Shown here: one piece after another, positions 11,556-20,583 of the stretch
Numbering within the stretch: the stretch's first letter is position 1
How the letters are laid out: each line of letters begins with the position of its first letter
Position numbers and translations under genes: made by a program
Notes under the pieces: generated by a model
What the model was told of the DNA's origin: nothing
The model's database searches: none
What the model saw: the letters and a program-made list of their open reading frames with translations, nothing else
Origin: Chthonomonadales bacterium
Lineage (GTDB): Bacteria; Armatimonadota; Chthonomonadetes; Chthonomonadales; CAJBBX01
DNA: 64,000 nt
NCBI GenBank assembly: GCA_049967475.1
Contig: JBMFSQ010000011.1
Span: 47,848 to 111,847 of the forward strand
Direction of reading: 5' to 3'

Positions 11556-12032
11556 ATGCAACCTCATGAGACGAACCTCTTTTGCCCGCGCTGCGGCACT
11601 CGGAATGTGCTGGGGCATCCCCGGTGCCGGGGATGCGGCGCTTCGCTCCCCCCGCCTGAAGTCCTGATCCCGCGCAGGGCAGCCGGACCGCGCCGCGGGC
11701 GGTTCTTTGGCTTTGCGGCCTTGGCGATTGCAGCGCTCATCCTCGCCGGCTTCCTCGTGCTCCACCAGGTTGCGGGAAGGACCGGCGTAACCCCGGGGAC
11801 AGCTCCGTTCCCGGCAAGCTTGCAGCCGGCGCGGTCGTCCTCGGAGGCGGCGCCTGCAGAAGAAGATCCCCTCATTGCGGAAGCCCGCCGCACCATCCGG
11901 CGCCTGCAGGAAGAACATGGGTTGGCTCCGCCTCCTACGGATGAGGCAGGGCGCGTCCACCTCAGATCCGGCGGAAGCATCAGCCGGGAGGAGTGGGAGC
12001 GCGCGGCGCGCAGCCTCCAGTCCCAACCGTAG
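11556..12032 (+). CDS. zinc-ribbon membrane protein, function unknown
   Basis: CPRCG-x10-CRGCG ribbon followed by the hydrophobic segment FFGFAALAIAALILAGFLVL. Confidence 0.55.
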   Translation: MQPHETNLFCPRCGTRNVLGHPRCRGCGASLPPPEVLIPRRAAGPRRGRFFGFAALAIAALILAGFLVLHQVAGRTGVTPGTAPFPASLQPARSSSEAAPAEEDPLIAEARRTIRRLQEEHGLAPPPTDEAGRVHLRSGGSISREEWERAARSLQSQP

Positions 12033-12067
12033 ACCCTGCATTCCACCGAAACAGGAGGATCTCACCC

Positions 12068-12415
12068 ATGCCGATCTTCGAGTATCGCTGCAATCAATGC
12101 CATAGACGCTTCAGCGCACTGGTAGGCGTGCTCGCCGAGGCCCGCCCGCCTGCCTGCCCCCGGTGCGGCTCCAAGGATCTGCAGAAGATGGTGTCCCGCT
12201 TTGCACGCGTGCGCTCGGAAGAGGACGCCTTGGAAGATCTTGCCGATGAGAGCCGTTACGGCGACATCGAGAATGACCCTAAGGCCATGCGGCAATGGGT
12301 TCGGGATATGGGCAAGGCCATGGACGAAGACATGGAGGAAGACCTGGAAGCGGCCTTGGATGAGGAGCTCTCCGGCAAGGAAGCAGGCGCAGGCGATGAC
12401 GACACGGTATACTGA
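12068..12415 (+). CDS. FmdB-family zinc-ribbon protein
   Basis: MPIFEYRCNQC...CPRCGS signature. AGGAGGA upstream of ATG 12068. Acidic C-terminal tail. Confidence 0.75.
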   Translation: MPIFEYRCNQCHRRFSALVGVLAEARPPACPRCGSKDLQKMVSRFARVRSEEDALEDLADESRYGDIENDPKAMRQWVRDMGKAMDEDMEEDLEAALDEELSGKEAGAGDDDTVY

Positions 12416-12480
12416 TGGGGCGAAGAGCTTGCCCGCCCGTCACCTGGGGCAGGCGCGCTGCGTAAGGTATTTCAGGAGGA

Positions 12481-13431
12481 GTGGCCAGCGTGAAAGGCGT
12501 CCGGTTGTGCGCGTTTGCATTGGTGTTGATCGTCCAGGCGGGCGTGGGTTCGGCTTCCCTGCCTCCCACCCGTTCCGGTGCGCGGAGGGCAAGCGCTTGG
12601 AGCGAAGGCCGCTACGTGTCCGCGGCCGAAATTGCTGCCCGCCAGGAATGGGAACGCGAACGGGGCATCATATATCCCAAGCTTGTGCGCGGGAACCCCA
12701 ACCTCAAGGAGATTGCCCTCACCTTCGATGACGGGCCGCATCCGGCCTTTACCCCGCGCCTTCTGGATCTCTTGGCGCGCCTGCACGTGAAGGCTACTTT
12801 CTTCCTCGTAGGCAAGATGGTGGACAGGTATCCCGATCTCGTGCGCCAGGAGGTGGCCCAGGGTCACGAGGTTGCCAATCATACGTACGACCATTTGCGC
12901 CTGGCAAGCGTACCTCCGGCCCTTATCGAACCTGAATTGAAGGAAGGGAGCCTCGCCCTCGTACGCGCTGTTGGGAGCCCTACGCGCTTCTACCGCCCGC
13001 CGGGCGGAGAGTACAATGCCGATGTGATCGAAGCAGGCCGAAGGCTCGGGTACATCATGGTGCTTTGGACCAACGATCCCGGCGATTACCGGCGTCCGTC
13101 GGGAGCATTGCTCGAGGAGCGGCTGCTTCGGGATGTGAGCAACGGCGCCATCATCCTTCTGCACGACGGCATCCCACAAACGCTCACCATTTTGCCCAGG
13201 CTCGTGACGGCATTGCGCAGAGAGGGATACCGTTTCGTAACCATCTCCGAAATGGCTGCTGCCGGGGGCGTCGTTACTGCCGGCGGGCCGAGGGTACGCA
13301 TGCCCAGCATGAAGGTGGAGAGCGGCTTTGTGGACATTACCGGCAATCGGCCTTCGCCGGAGGTGCTTTCCACGATGAAGGCTCTGGAAGGCCGGTCCAT
13401 CACCGCAAAACGGCGTCCAACGGCGGATTAA
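12481..13431 (+). CDS. polysaccharide deacetylase (NodB domain), secreted
   Basis: NodB motifs TFDDGP and HEVANHTYDH. N-terminal hydrophobic signal. GTG start. Confidence 0.85.
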   Translation: MASVKGVRLCAFALVLIVQAGVGSASLPPTRSGARRASAWSEGRYVSAAEIAARQEWERERGIIYPKLVRGNPNLKEIALTFDDGPHPAFTPRLLDLLARLHVKATFFLVGKMVDRYPDLVRQEVAQGHEVANHTYDHLRLASVPPALIEPELKEGSLALVRAVGSPTRFYRPPGGEYNADVIEAGRRLGYIMVLWTNDPGDYRRPSGALLEERLLRDVSNGAIILLHDGIPQTLTILPRLVTALRREGYRFVTISEMAAAGGVVTAGGPRVRMPSMKVESGFVDITGNRPSPEVLSTMKALEGRSITAKRRPTAD

Positions 13432-14873
13432 CCGGTTTCGGTGCGCCCTGGCCGGATGCCCTTTCGTTCTAAGCGCTTGGCCTCGCCCCAGAGTTCGTCC
13501 AGTTCCTTAAGCGTGTAGTCTTTCAGATCGCGCCCTTCACTTTTGGCCCTCTCTTCCATCCATCGGAAGCGGGTTGCAAAGCGCGCCAGCATCGTACGCA
13601 GAGCTTCTTCGGGATCTACACGTTGCCACCTGGCAATGTTCACAAGAGCGAAAAGGAGATCTCCCAGTTCCTCGCGCACCTCTTCGGCGCGTCCGGCCGC
13701 GACGGCTTCCCGCAGCTCTTGCAGCTCCTCATCTACTTTCTCGAAGACGTCCTCCAGACGCTCCCACTCGAAGCCCACCTTGGCCGCCCGCTTGCTCATC
13801 TCCATGGCACGCATGAGGGCGGGAAGCCTCTTGGGGATGCCGTCCAAAACGGATTTGCGCCACTCCGGGCCCTTCTCACTACGCTTGATGGCCTCCCAGT
13901 TGCGCAGCACCTCGTCGGCGTTCGCAACGGCTGCGTCGCCAAACACGTGAGGATGCCTCCTCACGAGCTTCTCCACGATGCGGGCAATGACGTCGCGGAT
14001 GTCGAACACGCCCTCTTCTGCCGCGAGTTGGGCATGGAAGACCACCTGCAGCAGAACGTCGCCCAGCTCCTCTGCGAGCGCATCCGGATCTTCAGCCTCG
14101 ATGGCGTCCAGTACCTCATAACACTCCTCAACAAGGTAGCGCTCCAGCGTGCGGTGGTTCTGCTCCCGATCCCAAGGACATCCTCCCGGACCGCGCAGGC
14201 GCGCCATGACGTCCACCAGGTCTTCGAAGCGCGTTCGACGCAGGGGCGGCGGCAGGGCCGGCACAAAAACTGCCGTAAGGTGATCCACCGGCATGCGGTC
14301 CAGTTGATGCAGCGGCACCTCGTCCACTGCTTCGGCTCCGGGCACCCCCGCAGAGCGTACGATGCGTATGGGCGCTTCATCGGGATACTCGGCCATGAGC
14401 GCAAGCTTTACCGACGACGCAGTGGCACGGTCGTACACCTGGTAAATGAGAAGGTCCAGGTCGGGGCGCAGGGTCCTCGCATCCAGTGCCAGCGCATCCT
14501 GGATGACGATGCCTGCTCCAATCGGCACGGCCAGAGCGGTCAAGGCTGCCTCAATGAAGGATGCCGAACCCACGATGTGCACAGGGATGCCAAGCGCCCT
14601 GGCTTTCTGGAGGATGAGGCGCACCGAGGCTTCGCCTATAAGAGGATGGCCTGGAAGCGCATATCCTACCTCCCCTTCCGCAGCCGCTCGAAGCACTCGA
14701 TCGGCAGCCGCATCATAGACTTCTTCGAAGGTGGCTGCCTTTTCATAGAGGTCATCCAGCGTGTCGAACGGGATGCCTTCGGCGCGGAGGTCGTCTGCCG
14801 CCGGATGGACGGCGGTGCGGAGGATGAGTTTCCGCGGTTGGTGCAGCGCCTGCCAGGCATCCAAAGACATCAT
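13428..14873 (-). CDS. YabN-like fusion: tetrapyrrole-methylase-fold domain plus MazG NTP pyrophosphohydrolase
   Basis: C-terminal half carries tandem MazG repeats (EECYEVLDAIE..ELGDVLLQV and ELGDLLFALVNIAR). N-terminal half resembles the TP-methylase fold, as in Bacillus YabN. Confidence 0.8.
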   Translation of the reverse strand: MMSLDAWQALHQPRKLILRTAVHPAADDLRAEGIPFDTLDDLYEKAATFEEVYDAAADRVLRAAAEGEVGYALPGHPLIGEASVRLILQKARALGIPVHIVGSASFIEAALTALAVPIGAGIVIQDALALDARTLRPDLDLLIYQVYDRATASSVKLALMAEYPDEAPIRIVRSAGVPGAEAVDEVPLHQLDRMPVDHLTAVFVPALPPPLRRTRFEDLVDVMARLRGPGGCPWDREQNHRTLERYLVEECYEVLDAIEAEDPDALAEELGDVLLQVVFHAQLAAEEGVFDIRDVIARIVEKLVRRHPHVFGDAAVANADEVLRNWEAIKRSEKGPEWRKSVLDGIPKRLPALMRAMEMSKRAAKVGFEWERLEDVFEKVDEELQELREAVAAGRAEEVREELGDLLFALVNIARWQRVDPEEALRTMLARFATRFRWMEERAKSEGRDLKDYTLKELDELWGEAKRLERKGIRPGRTETG

Positions 14874-15035
14874 GCCTTTGCGCGCAGGACCCAGACCAAT
14901 CAGAACGATCGTATTGGACAGGACAGTTCTCCGTAGACGCGTGTGTGGGGGCGGAGCTTTGGTTAGGGACCGGCCCCGGGGTGCATCTTCGTTATACCCC
15001 GCGCCAAACGGGGAGAGACAGGTGCGTCCAGAAGG

Positions 15036-15668
15036 CTAGAACAGGGTAGGGGGCGGTTCCTTGCGGGCCTGAATTACTTTTCGGCGCGCCTCTTCGATGT
15101 CGGTGATCAGTTGCTGCTTAAGCTGCTCGTAAACCGCTCCTTCCTGCCGGAGGATGTAGGCAGGGTGGAGCGTTGCCATGGCATAGCGGGCGTAGGCGCA
15201 TGTGGTGAACCACTGACCGCGCTCCTGTGAGATGCGAAAGTTCTTGTGGATGAGGGTGTTGGCAGCAGGGGAGCCCAAGCACACGATGACGAGGGGGTGG
15301 ATGGCCTCGAGCTGCCGCGCCAGCCAAGGGAAGCAGGCTTCCACCTCGTCTATGCGGGGAGCCCGGTTCAGCACGCGTCCGCCCTCCACCTGAGATGCCC
15401 GGCATTTGACGATGTTGCATATATACACATGCTTGCGGGTGATGCCGCACGCGCGCAAACATTCATCCAGCAGCGCCCCAGCCCTGCCTACAAAGGGACG
15501 TCCGGTAAGATCTTCCTGTTGGCCCGGTCCCTCGCCGACGAAAACGAGCGGGGCGTTAGGGTTCCCTTCCCCGAAGACCACCTGGGTGCGTGTCTCCGCC
15601 AGGCCGCACGCCGTACAATGAGCCGCCTGGGCTGCCAAGCGGTCCAGCTCTTCTGCGCTGCTACTCAT
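15036..15668 (-). CDS. uracil-DNA glycosylase, family 4
   Basis: CTACGL cysteines, GEGPGQQED, FVGRAG and LHPAYILR motifs. Confidence 0.9.
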   Translation of the reverse strand: MSSSAEELDRLAAQAAHCTACGLAETRTQVVFGEGNPNAPLVFVGEGPGQQEDLTGRPFVGRAGALLDECLRACGITRKHVYICNIVKCRASQVEGGRVLNRAPRIDEVEACFPWLARQLEAIHPLVIVCLGSPAANTLIHKNFRISQERGQWFTTCAYARYAMATLHPAYILRQEGAVYEQLKQQLITDIEEARRKVIQARKEPPPTLF

Positions 15669-16146
15669 CCGCCAACAATTCCTTTAGGCGATAATATGCT
15701 GCCTCCAGGCTCTCGGGGATCACCCGTGTGTCGCCGATCACGGCCATGAAGTTCGTGTCGCCGCTCCATCGGGGCACAATATGTACGTGCACATGGTCGG
15801 CGATGCCGGCTCCGGCGACGCGCCCCAAATTGATGCCCACATTGAAGCCGTCGGGGCGGCATGCCCGCTTCAGCAGATTGATGCCCCGGCGCGTGAGAGC
15901 CATCAACTCCAACAGCTCCGCATCCTCGAGATCGTTCAAGTCCGCGGTATGCCGATAAGGGCTCACCATCAGATGGCCGTTACTATAGGGGAAGGCATTG
16001 AGCATGATGAAGCAGCGGTCGCCCCGAAGAAGCAAAAGGTTCTCGGCATCCTGCTGCTGAGCCGGCTTCACGCAGAAGATGCACCCTTCCGCTTCATCGG
16101 CCACCTCGATGTAGCGCATGCGCCACGGCGCCCACAACCGTTCCAT
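15661..16146 (-). CDS. HIT-family nucleotide hydrolase/transferase
   Basis: Histidine triad DHVHVHIVPRW and LWAPWRMRYI N-terminus. Start at M21 of the ORF (16146) is preferred; 16164 and 16206 are possible. Confidence 0.8.
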   Translation of the reverse strand: MERLWAPWRMRYIEVADEAEGCIFCVKPAQQQDAENLLLLRGDRCFIMLNAFPYSNGHLMVSPYRHTADLNDLEDAELLELMALTRRGINLLKRACRPDGFNVGINLGRVAGAGIADHVHVHIVPRWSGDTNFMAVIGDTRVIPESLEAAYYRLKELLADE

Positions 16147-16207
16147 AGCAGCTCCTCCTGCCATAGATTGTACGCACTGTGTCAAGTACCCGCGCCTCCA
16201 CGCCATG

Positions 16208-16216
16208 TGCTATAAT
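16208..16216 (+). promoter_or_regulatory. extended -10 element upstream of aminotransferase gene
   Basis: TGcTATAAT at 16208-16216. No convincing -35. Confidence 0.35.
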
Positions 16217-16300
16217 CGGCCGATATGGAGCAGGCAGACCCTACACTGCACCGCGCATTTCGTTGAGGAGTTCCCCACCTTGGTACAACGTGCCCAGCGA

Positions 16301-17458
16301 ATGGATCAGATCCCGCCTTACCTTTTTGGAGAAATCGCCCGCCTCAAAGCCAAAGCTCTGGCGGAAGGCAAAGATCTTATTGACCTCGGCATAGGCGACC
16401 CCGACCAGCCCACACCGACCCCCATTGTAGAGGCGCTCTGTGAGGCAGCTAAGGATCCCCGGACCCATCGTTATGATGAAACGCCCGCCGGAGAGCCCGA
16501 ACTCCTGGAGGCCTTTTGCGCATGGTTCCGGCAGCGCTTCGGCGTGCAACTGGATCCCGCAACCCAGGCTCTCCTTCTCATCGGGTCGAAGGAAGGATTG
16601 GCGCACCTTGCATGGGCGTATCTGGATCCCGGTGATGCTGCTTTGATCCCTGATCCGGCTTACACGGTGTACCGCGTCAACACGCTCATGGCGGGCGCAG
16701 CGGTCATCCCCATGCCGCTGGAAGCTCACAACGGCTTCCTGCCGGACCTGGCAGCCATAGCGCCGGAGGACGCCCGGCGCGCCAAATTAATGTGGCTCAA
16801 CTATCCGAACAACCCTACCGGCGCTGTGGCCACTCCGGACTTTTACCGCCGCGCCGTGGAGTTCTGCCGCACCCATGATCTCCTTTTGGTGAACGATGCA
16901 GCATATTCCGAGGTATGCTTCGATGGCTACACTTCGCCGTCGGTTCTGCAGGTTCCAGGCGCCCTCGATTGTGCCATCGAGTTCCATTCATTCTCCAAGA
17001 TGTACAATATGACGGGATGGCGCATCGGCGTTGCCGTAGGGAACGCAGAAGCCATCGCAGCGCTCAACAAGCTCAAATCCAACATCGATTCCAAACAGTT
17101 CGCTGCCGTATCCCGTGCGGCGGCCTTCGCCATCCGGAACCTGAACAACCAGCCTACGCTGGAACTCCTACGCGCGCGACGAGACATCCTTGTGAACGGG
17201 CTCAGGGCGTTGGGATGGGATGTTCCGTGTCCCCAGGCCACCTTTTACATTTGGGCGCCCGTGCCGACAGGCGAGAAGAGCATTCCCTTTGCCGGCCGCC
17301 TTCTGGAGGAGGCCGGGGTCCTGGTGATCCCCGGCATCGGGTACGGCCAGTACGGCGAGGGATACGTGCGCATGTCTCTCACCGTTATGGGAGACCGCCA
17401 AGGGGAACGGTGCGCCGAGGCAGTCGAGCGCATCCGCCGCGCCGGCATCCTGGGGTGA
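16301..17458 (+). CDS. class I PLP aminotransferase, LL-diaminopimelate aminotransferase-like
   Basis: IPPYLFGEIARLK N-terminus, NNPTGA, and SFSKMYNMTGWRIG (PLP lysine). A TTG 16280 start is also possible. Confidence 0.75.
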   Translation: MDQIPPYLFGEIARLKAKALAEGKDLIDLGIGDPDQPTPTPIVEALCEAAKDPRTHRYDETPAGEPELLEAFCAWFRQRFGVQLDPATQALLLIGSKEGLAHLAWAYLDPGDAALIPDPAYTVYRVNTLMAGAAVIPMPLEAHNGFLPDLAAIAPEDARRAKLMWLNYPNNPTGAVATPDFYRRAVEFCRTHDLLLVNDAAYSEVCFDGYTSPSVLQVPGALDCAIEFHSFSKMYNMTGWRIGVAVGNAEAIAALNKLKSNIDSKQFAAVSRAAAFAIRNLNNQPTLELLRARRDILVNGLRALGWDVPCPQATFYIWAPVPTGEKSIPFAGRLLEEAGVLVIPGIGYGQYGEGYVRMSLTVMGDRQGERCAEAVERIRRAGILG

Positions 17459-17464
17459 GGTCCT

Positions 17465-18757
17465 ATGCCTAGATCCGCCACACACGAAGTGTCGGCCAGA
17501 GAAAGTGCCGTGCTCGTCTGCGTGGAGAGCGACGATGCCGCTGAACCCTACGCAGCAGAGGAACTGATGTCCCTCGCAGACACGGCCGGCGCCGAGGTCG
17601 TGGGGATGCTCCATCAGCATCGAGCACAGCCCGATGCCGCGTACTACATCGGCAGGGGCAAGGCCGAAGAACTCGCCGCAACCGTAGCAGAGACCGGAGC
17701 CGACTTGGCGATCGTGGATCACGAGCTCTCGCCCATCCAGCAGCGCAATCTGCAGGATCTCGTGCAGTGCCGCGTAATTGATCGAACGCAGCTTATTTTG
17801 GACATCTTCGCCCAAAGGGCCCACACTCGAGAGGGAAAGCTGCAGGTTGAACTCGCCCAGCTTACCTACCTCCTCCCGAGGCTCATGAACCTCTACACCA
17901 AATTCGAGCGGCAACAGGGAGGCATCGGTGTGAGGGGCGGCGCCGGAGAAACCAAGCTGGAGATGGATCGGCGCAAGGTGCGCGATCGCATCGCCGATCT
18001 ACAAGAGGAATTGGCGGAAGTACGGGGGCAGCGGAAGCAGCAGCGCACACAGCGCCGAAGGCTGCCTTTCCCTGCGGCGGCCCTGGTGGGATATACCAGC
18101 GCCGGCAAATCCACCCTCATGAACACTCTGTCCGGCGCCGGTGTCTACGTGGATGCGCGCCTCTTCGCCACACTGGATCCCACCACACGCCGCGTTGTTT
18201 TGCCGGACGGATGGGGCATCCTCCTAACGGACACCGTCGGCTTCCTCCGCAACCTCCCCCACGACCTGGTGGCAGCCTTCCATGCAACGCTCGAAGAAGT
18301 AACGGAGGTGGACTTCCTCATCCACGTGGTAGACGCCGCCCATCCCCAGATGGAATTGCAGCAGGCCGCAGTGTCGGACGTATTGACGGAAATAGGGGCC
18401 TCACAGAAACCGGTTGTTACCGTTTATAACAAGGCCGACCTCGTACGTGACCAGTACCGGCTGCGGGAGCTCGTAACACGGACACCCAACTCTTGCTATC
18501 TCTCGGCCCGCACCGCTGAGGGCATTCCCTATCTGATGGACCGCATCATGGTCACCCTCCAATCGCTCCTGACGCCCATCGAGGCGGAGATCCCCTACGA
18601 GCACAGCGAACTCGTGGCCCAATGCTATGAGTACGGCCGGGTATTACGCGCAGAGTACGGCCACACGGCGATCCGCGTCGAAGCACAGGTGACCAAGGAT
18701 CTGGCGGGGCGGCTCGCTCCCTTCCGCGTGCCTGCCCTCTACCGCACCCAGCCGTAA
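17465..18757 (+). CDS. hflX: GTPase HflX
   Basis: HflX N-terminal domain, then G motifs [17 protein letters not shown] and NKAD. Confidence 0.9.
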   Translation: MPRSATHEVSARESAVLVCVESDDAAEPYAAEELMSLADTAGAEVVGMLHQHRAQPDAAYYIGRGKAEELAATVAETGADLAIVDHELSPIQQRNLQDLVQCRVIDRTQLILDIFAQRAHTREGKLQVELAQLTYLLPRLMNLYTKFERQQGGIGVRGGAGETKLEMDRRKVRDRIADLQEELAEVRGQRKQQRTQRRRLPFPAAALVGYTSAGKSTLMNTLSGAGVYVDARLFATLDPTTRRVVLPDGWGILLTDTVGFLRNLPHDLVAAFHATLEEVTEVDFLIHVVDAAHPQMELQQAAVSDVLTEIGASQKPVVTVYNKADLVRDQYRLRELVTRTPNSCYLSARTAEGIPYLMDRIMVTLQSLLTPIEAEIPYEHSELVAQCYEYGRVLRAEYGHTAIRVEAQVTKDLAGRLAPFRVPALYRTQP

Positions 18758-18772
18758 CTCCCCGGCGAATTT

Positions 18773-19915
18773 CTAGCCCCTCCCCCCGATCATCTGCGGT
18801 TGAGGCATGGGCACGGTGTTGGTAATCTTGGCCGCACGCATCAACTCGGCCATTTTCTGCTGTACGCGCTTCTGAAGCAGGTTCTGCAGGGCTTGCGCAC
18901 GCTCGGGACCCGTCGTGTCTTTTCCGAGCCGGTTTACCTTGATGAGATGGTAGCCGAACACCGTCCGAACCGGGTCACTCACCTTGCCGGCCGGGAGCTC
19001 GAAGGCGACCTTGTCGAACTCGGGCACCATCTCGCCGCGAAGAAACAACCCCAAGGAGCCTTTGCGAAACTTGGTCCCCGCATCGTCGCTGTATCGCTGG
19101 GCAGCATCCTCAAAGCTGATCTTGCCGCTCTCGATTTCCTTCTTGTATTCCTGGATTTTGGCGAGGGCGTCCGCGTAGGACTTTTCTTTGTCGGCTGCGT
19201 TCTCGGCATTGGCCCGCACCAGGATGTGGCTGGCATCCACCCAGTCATCCGGCCCGATGCGGTGTCCCAGTCGCTTCTCGATGTCCCTTAGGACGAGCTT
19301 CTCCAGGTACAGCTCGGTAACGACACTCTCATTGAGCACAGCGGCCCGAAAGCCCACCGCCTTGAGGATTGCGGCATCGGATGCATTCTCGCGGTGATAA
19401 GTGCGCCGGGCAGTGTCGAAGGCCTGCTTGGTCCGCGCTTCGATCTCTTGTTTCGTGAGGGTGATCCCGGCCTTCTTGGCTGCCTGCGCCACGACACGCT
19501 CTTGGATGAGCCTTTGCACTGTCTGCGCAAGGATCGGCGGCTTATCTGTAAAGAGAAAGTTGACGATGGCAGCGCGCGTAACCGTTACGGGCTTCCATCC
19601 GTTGGCAGCCATGCGCTGAAGCACGTAGGCACCAACCGACCCGGCTGCGCCACGCTGGTACTTCGCTCCGATGAACATAGGATCCGTCACGGCGAGCTGG
19701 GCCATCTGATCTGCCAGAACCGTCTCTGCAACTTCGCTGCGCGTGATGGGTTCCCCGTTCACAGTAGCCACCACTCCGGTGGGAGATGGGGTTTTGGGCG
19801 GAGTTCCAGAACGGTGTCCGGGCCGTCCTCCGCTGGCGGCCGCCGCAGTTACCGGCAGCAAACCCGCAATGAGGATTGCAGGCATCAACACTGCGCGCCG
19901 AAGATTAGGCGTCAA
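18773..19915 (-). CDS. secreted parvulin-type peptidyl-prolyl isomerase (PrsA/SurA-like)
   Basis: Parvulin domain ASHILV...FRKGSLG...FGYHLIKV. TTG 19915 has AAGGAGAA 5 nt upstream and gives the signal peptide TPNLRRAVLMPAILIAGLLPVTAAAA. The ORF track start at 19978 overlaps the upstream gene. Confidence 0.8.
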   Translation of the reverse strand: MTPNLRRAVLMPAILIAGLLPVTAAAASGGRPGHRSGTPPKTPSPTGVVATVNGEPITRSEVAETVLADQMAQLAVTDPMFIGAKYQRGAAGSVGAYVLQRMAANGWKPVTVTRAAIVNFLFTDKPPILAQTVQRLIQERVVAQAAKKAGITLTKQEIEARTKQAFDTARRTYHRENASDAAILKAVGFRAAVLNESVVTELYLEKLVLRDIEKRLGHRIGPDDWVDASHILVRANAENAADKEKSYADALAKIQEYKKEIESGKISFEDAAQRYSDDAGTKFRKGSLGLFLRGEMVPEFDKVAFELPAGKVSDPVRTVFGYHLIKVNRLGKDTTGPERAQALQNLLQKRVQQKMAELMRAAKITNTVPMPQPQMIGGRG

Positions 19916-19964
19916 TGGGCTTCTCCTTTCCTTTGCTTGGGTCAAAGGGAGTGATGTGCCTATG

Positions 19965-20549
19965 TTAGCCCACAGCATGTTCTGCGGTCAACCCATCCCT
20001 GTGCGCAGAATGTTTCTTCCGCTGGTTGCCAGCAGCAGGTTTGGGTGCCTTCGCCAGCACCTCCTTGGTGAGCCTGAGGAAATCCTCTGCATTGTGGTAC
20101 CCCGTCTCAGACCGAAGCACCTTCCCATCGGGCGTTAGGAAAAGGGTGGTAGGAACAGCCTCCACACCATATTTCTGGGCAAGCTTACCCTCTTTGTCCA
20201 CATCAATCAGCACGGGCACAAACCGGCCCATCTGCTTCACGACCGCCTTGTCACGATAGGTAGTCTTGAGCATCGCCTGACAAGGCCCACACCATTCGGC
20301 GTAGAAATCCACCAGCATTATCTTGCGCTGTTTGGCAGCCACCTTGGCGGCTTCCGAAAGTGACGTCTTCCAGGGGATGGGGCCGTGAAGCTTGGAAGCC
20401 GTGTCATCCCCCTGCGCCCTCGGCGCCAAAGACGCACCCAGCACCAGCACCGCCATACCCGCGATTACCCGACTTCCCAGACATTGTGTTGCCAACTCAT
20501 TGCCTCCCTTCGTTCGCACCCGCAAACGGAGCGCGTGCTGGGTTACCAT
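19965..20549 (-). CDS. exported thioredoxin-fold protein
   Basis: VDFYAEWCGPCQ active site. N-terminal hydrophobic segment. Start uncertain (20549 or 20456). Confidence 0.8.
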   Translation of the reverse strand: MVTQHALRLRVRTKGGNELATQCLGSRVIAGMAVLVLGASLAPRAQGDDTASKLHGPIPWKTSLSEAAKVAAKQRKIMLVDFYAEWCGPCQAMLKTTYRDKAVVKQMGRFVPVLIDVDKEGKLAQKYGVEAVPTTLFLTPDGKVLRSETGYHNAEDFLRLTKEVLAKAPKPAAGNQRKKHSAHRDGLTAEHAVG

Positions 20550-20583
20550 TCGGAAAAACTGCCTGGGATGGTTCCCGCACGCG

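Noticed and set aside
13623-14936. 437-aa plus-strand ORF
   Set aside because: Antisense to the YabN/MazG fusion gene.
14874-15035. Possible small RNA or terminator in the UDG-YabN spacer (CCCCG-N7-CGGGG, CCGGGGCCGG palindromes)
   Set aside because: The stems are short, there is no U-tract, and nothing resembles a known RNA family. Insufficient evidence.
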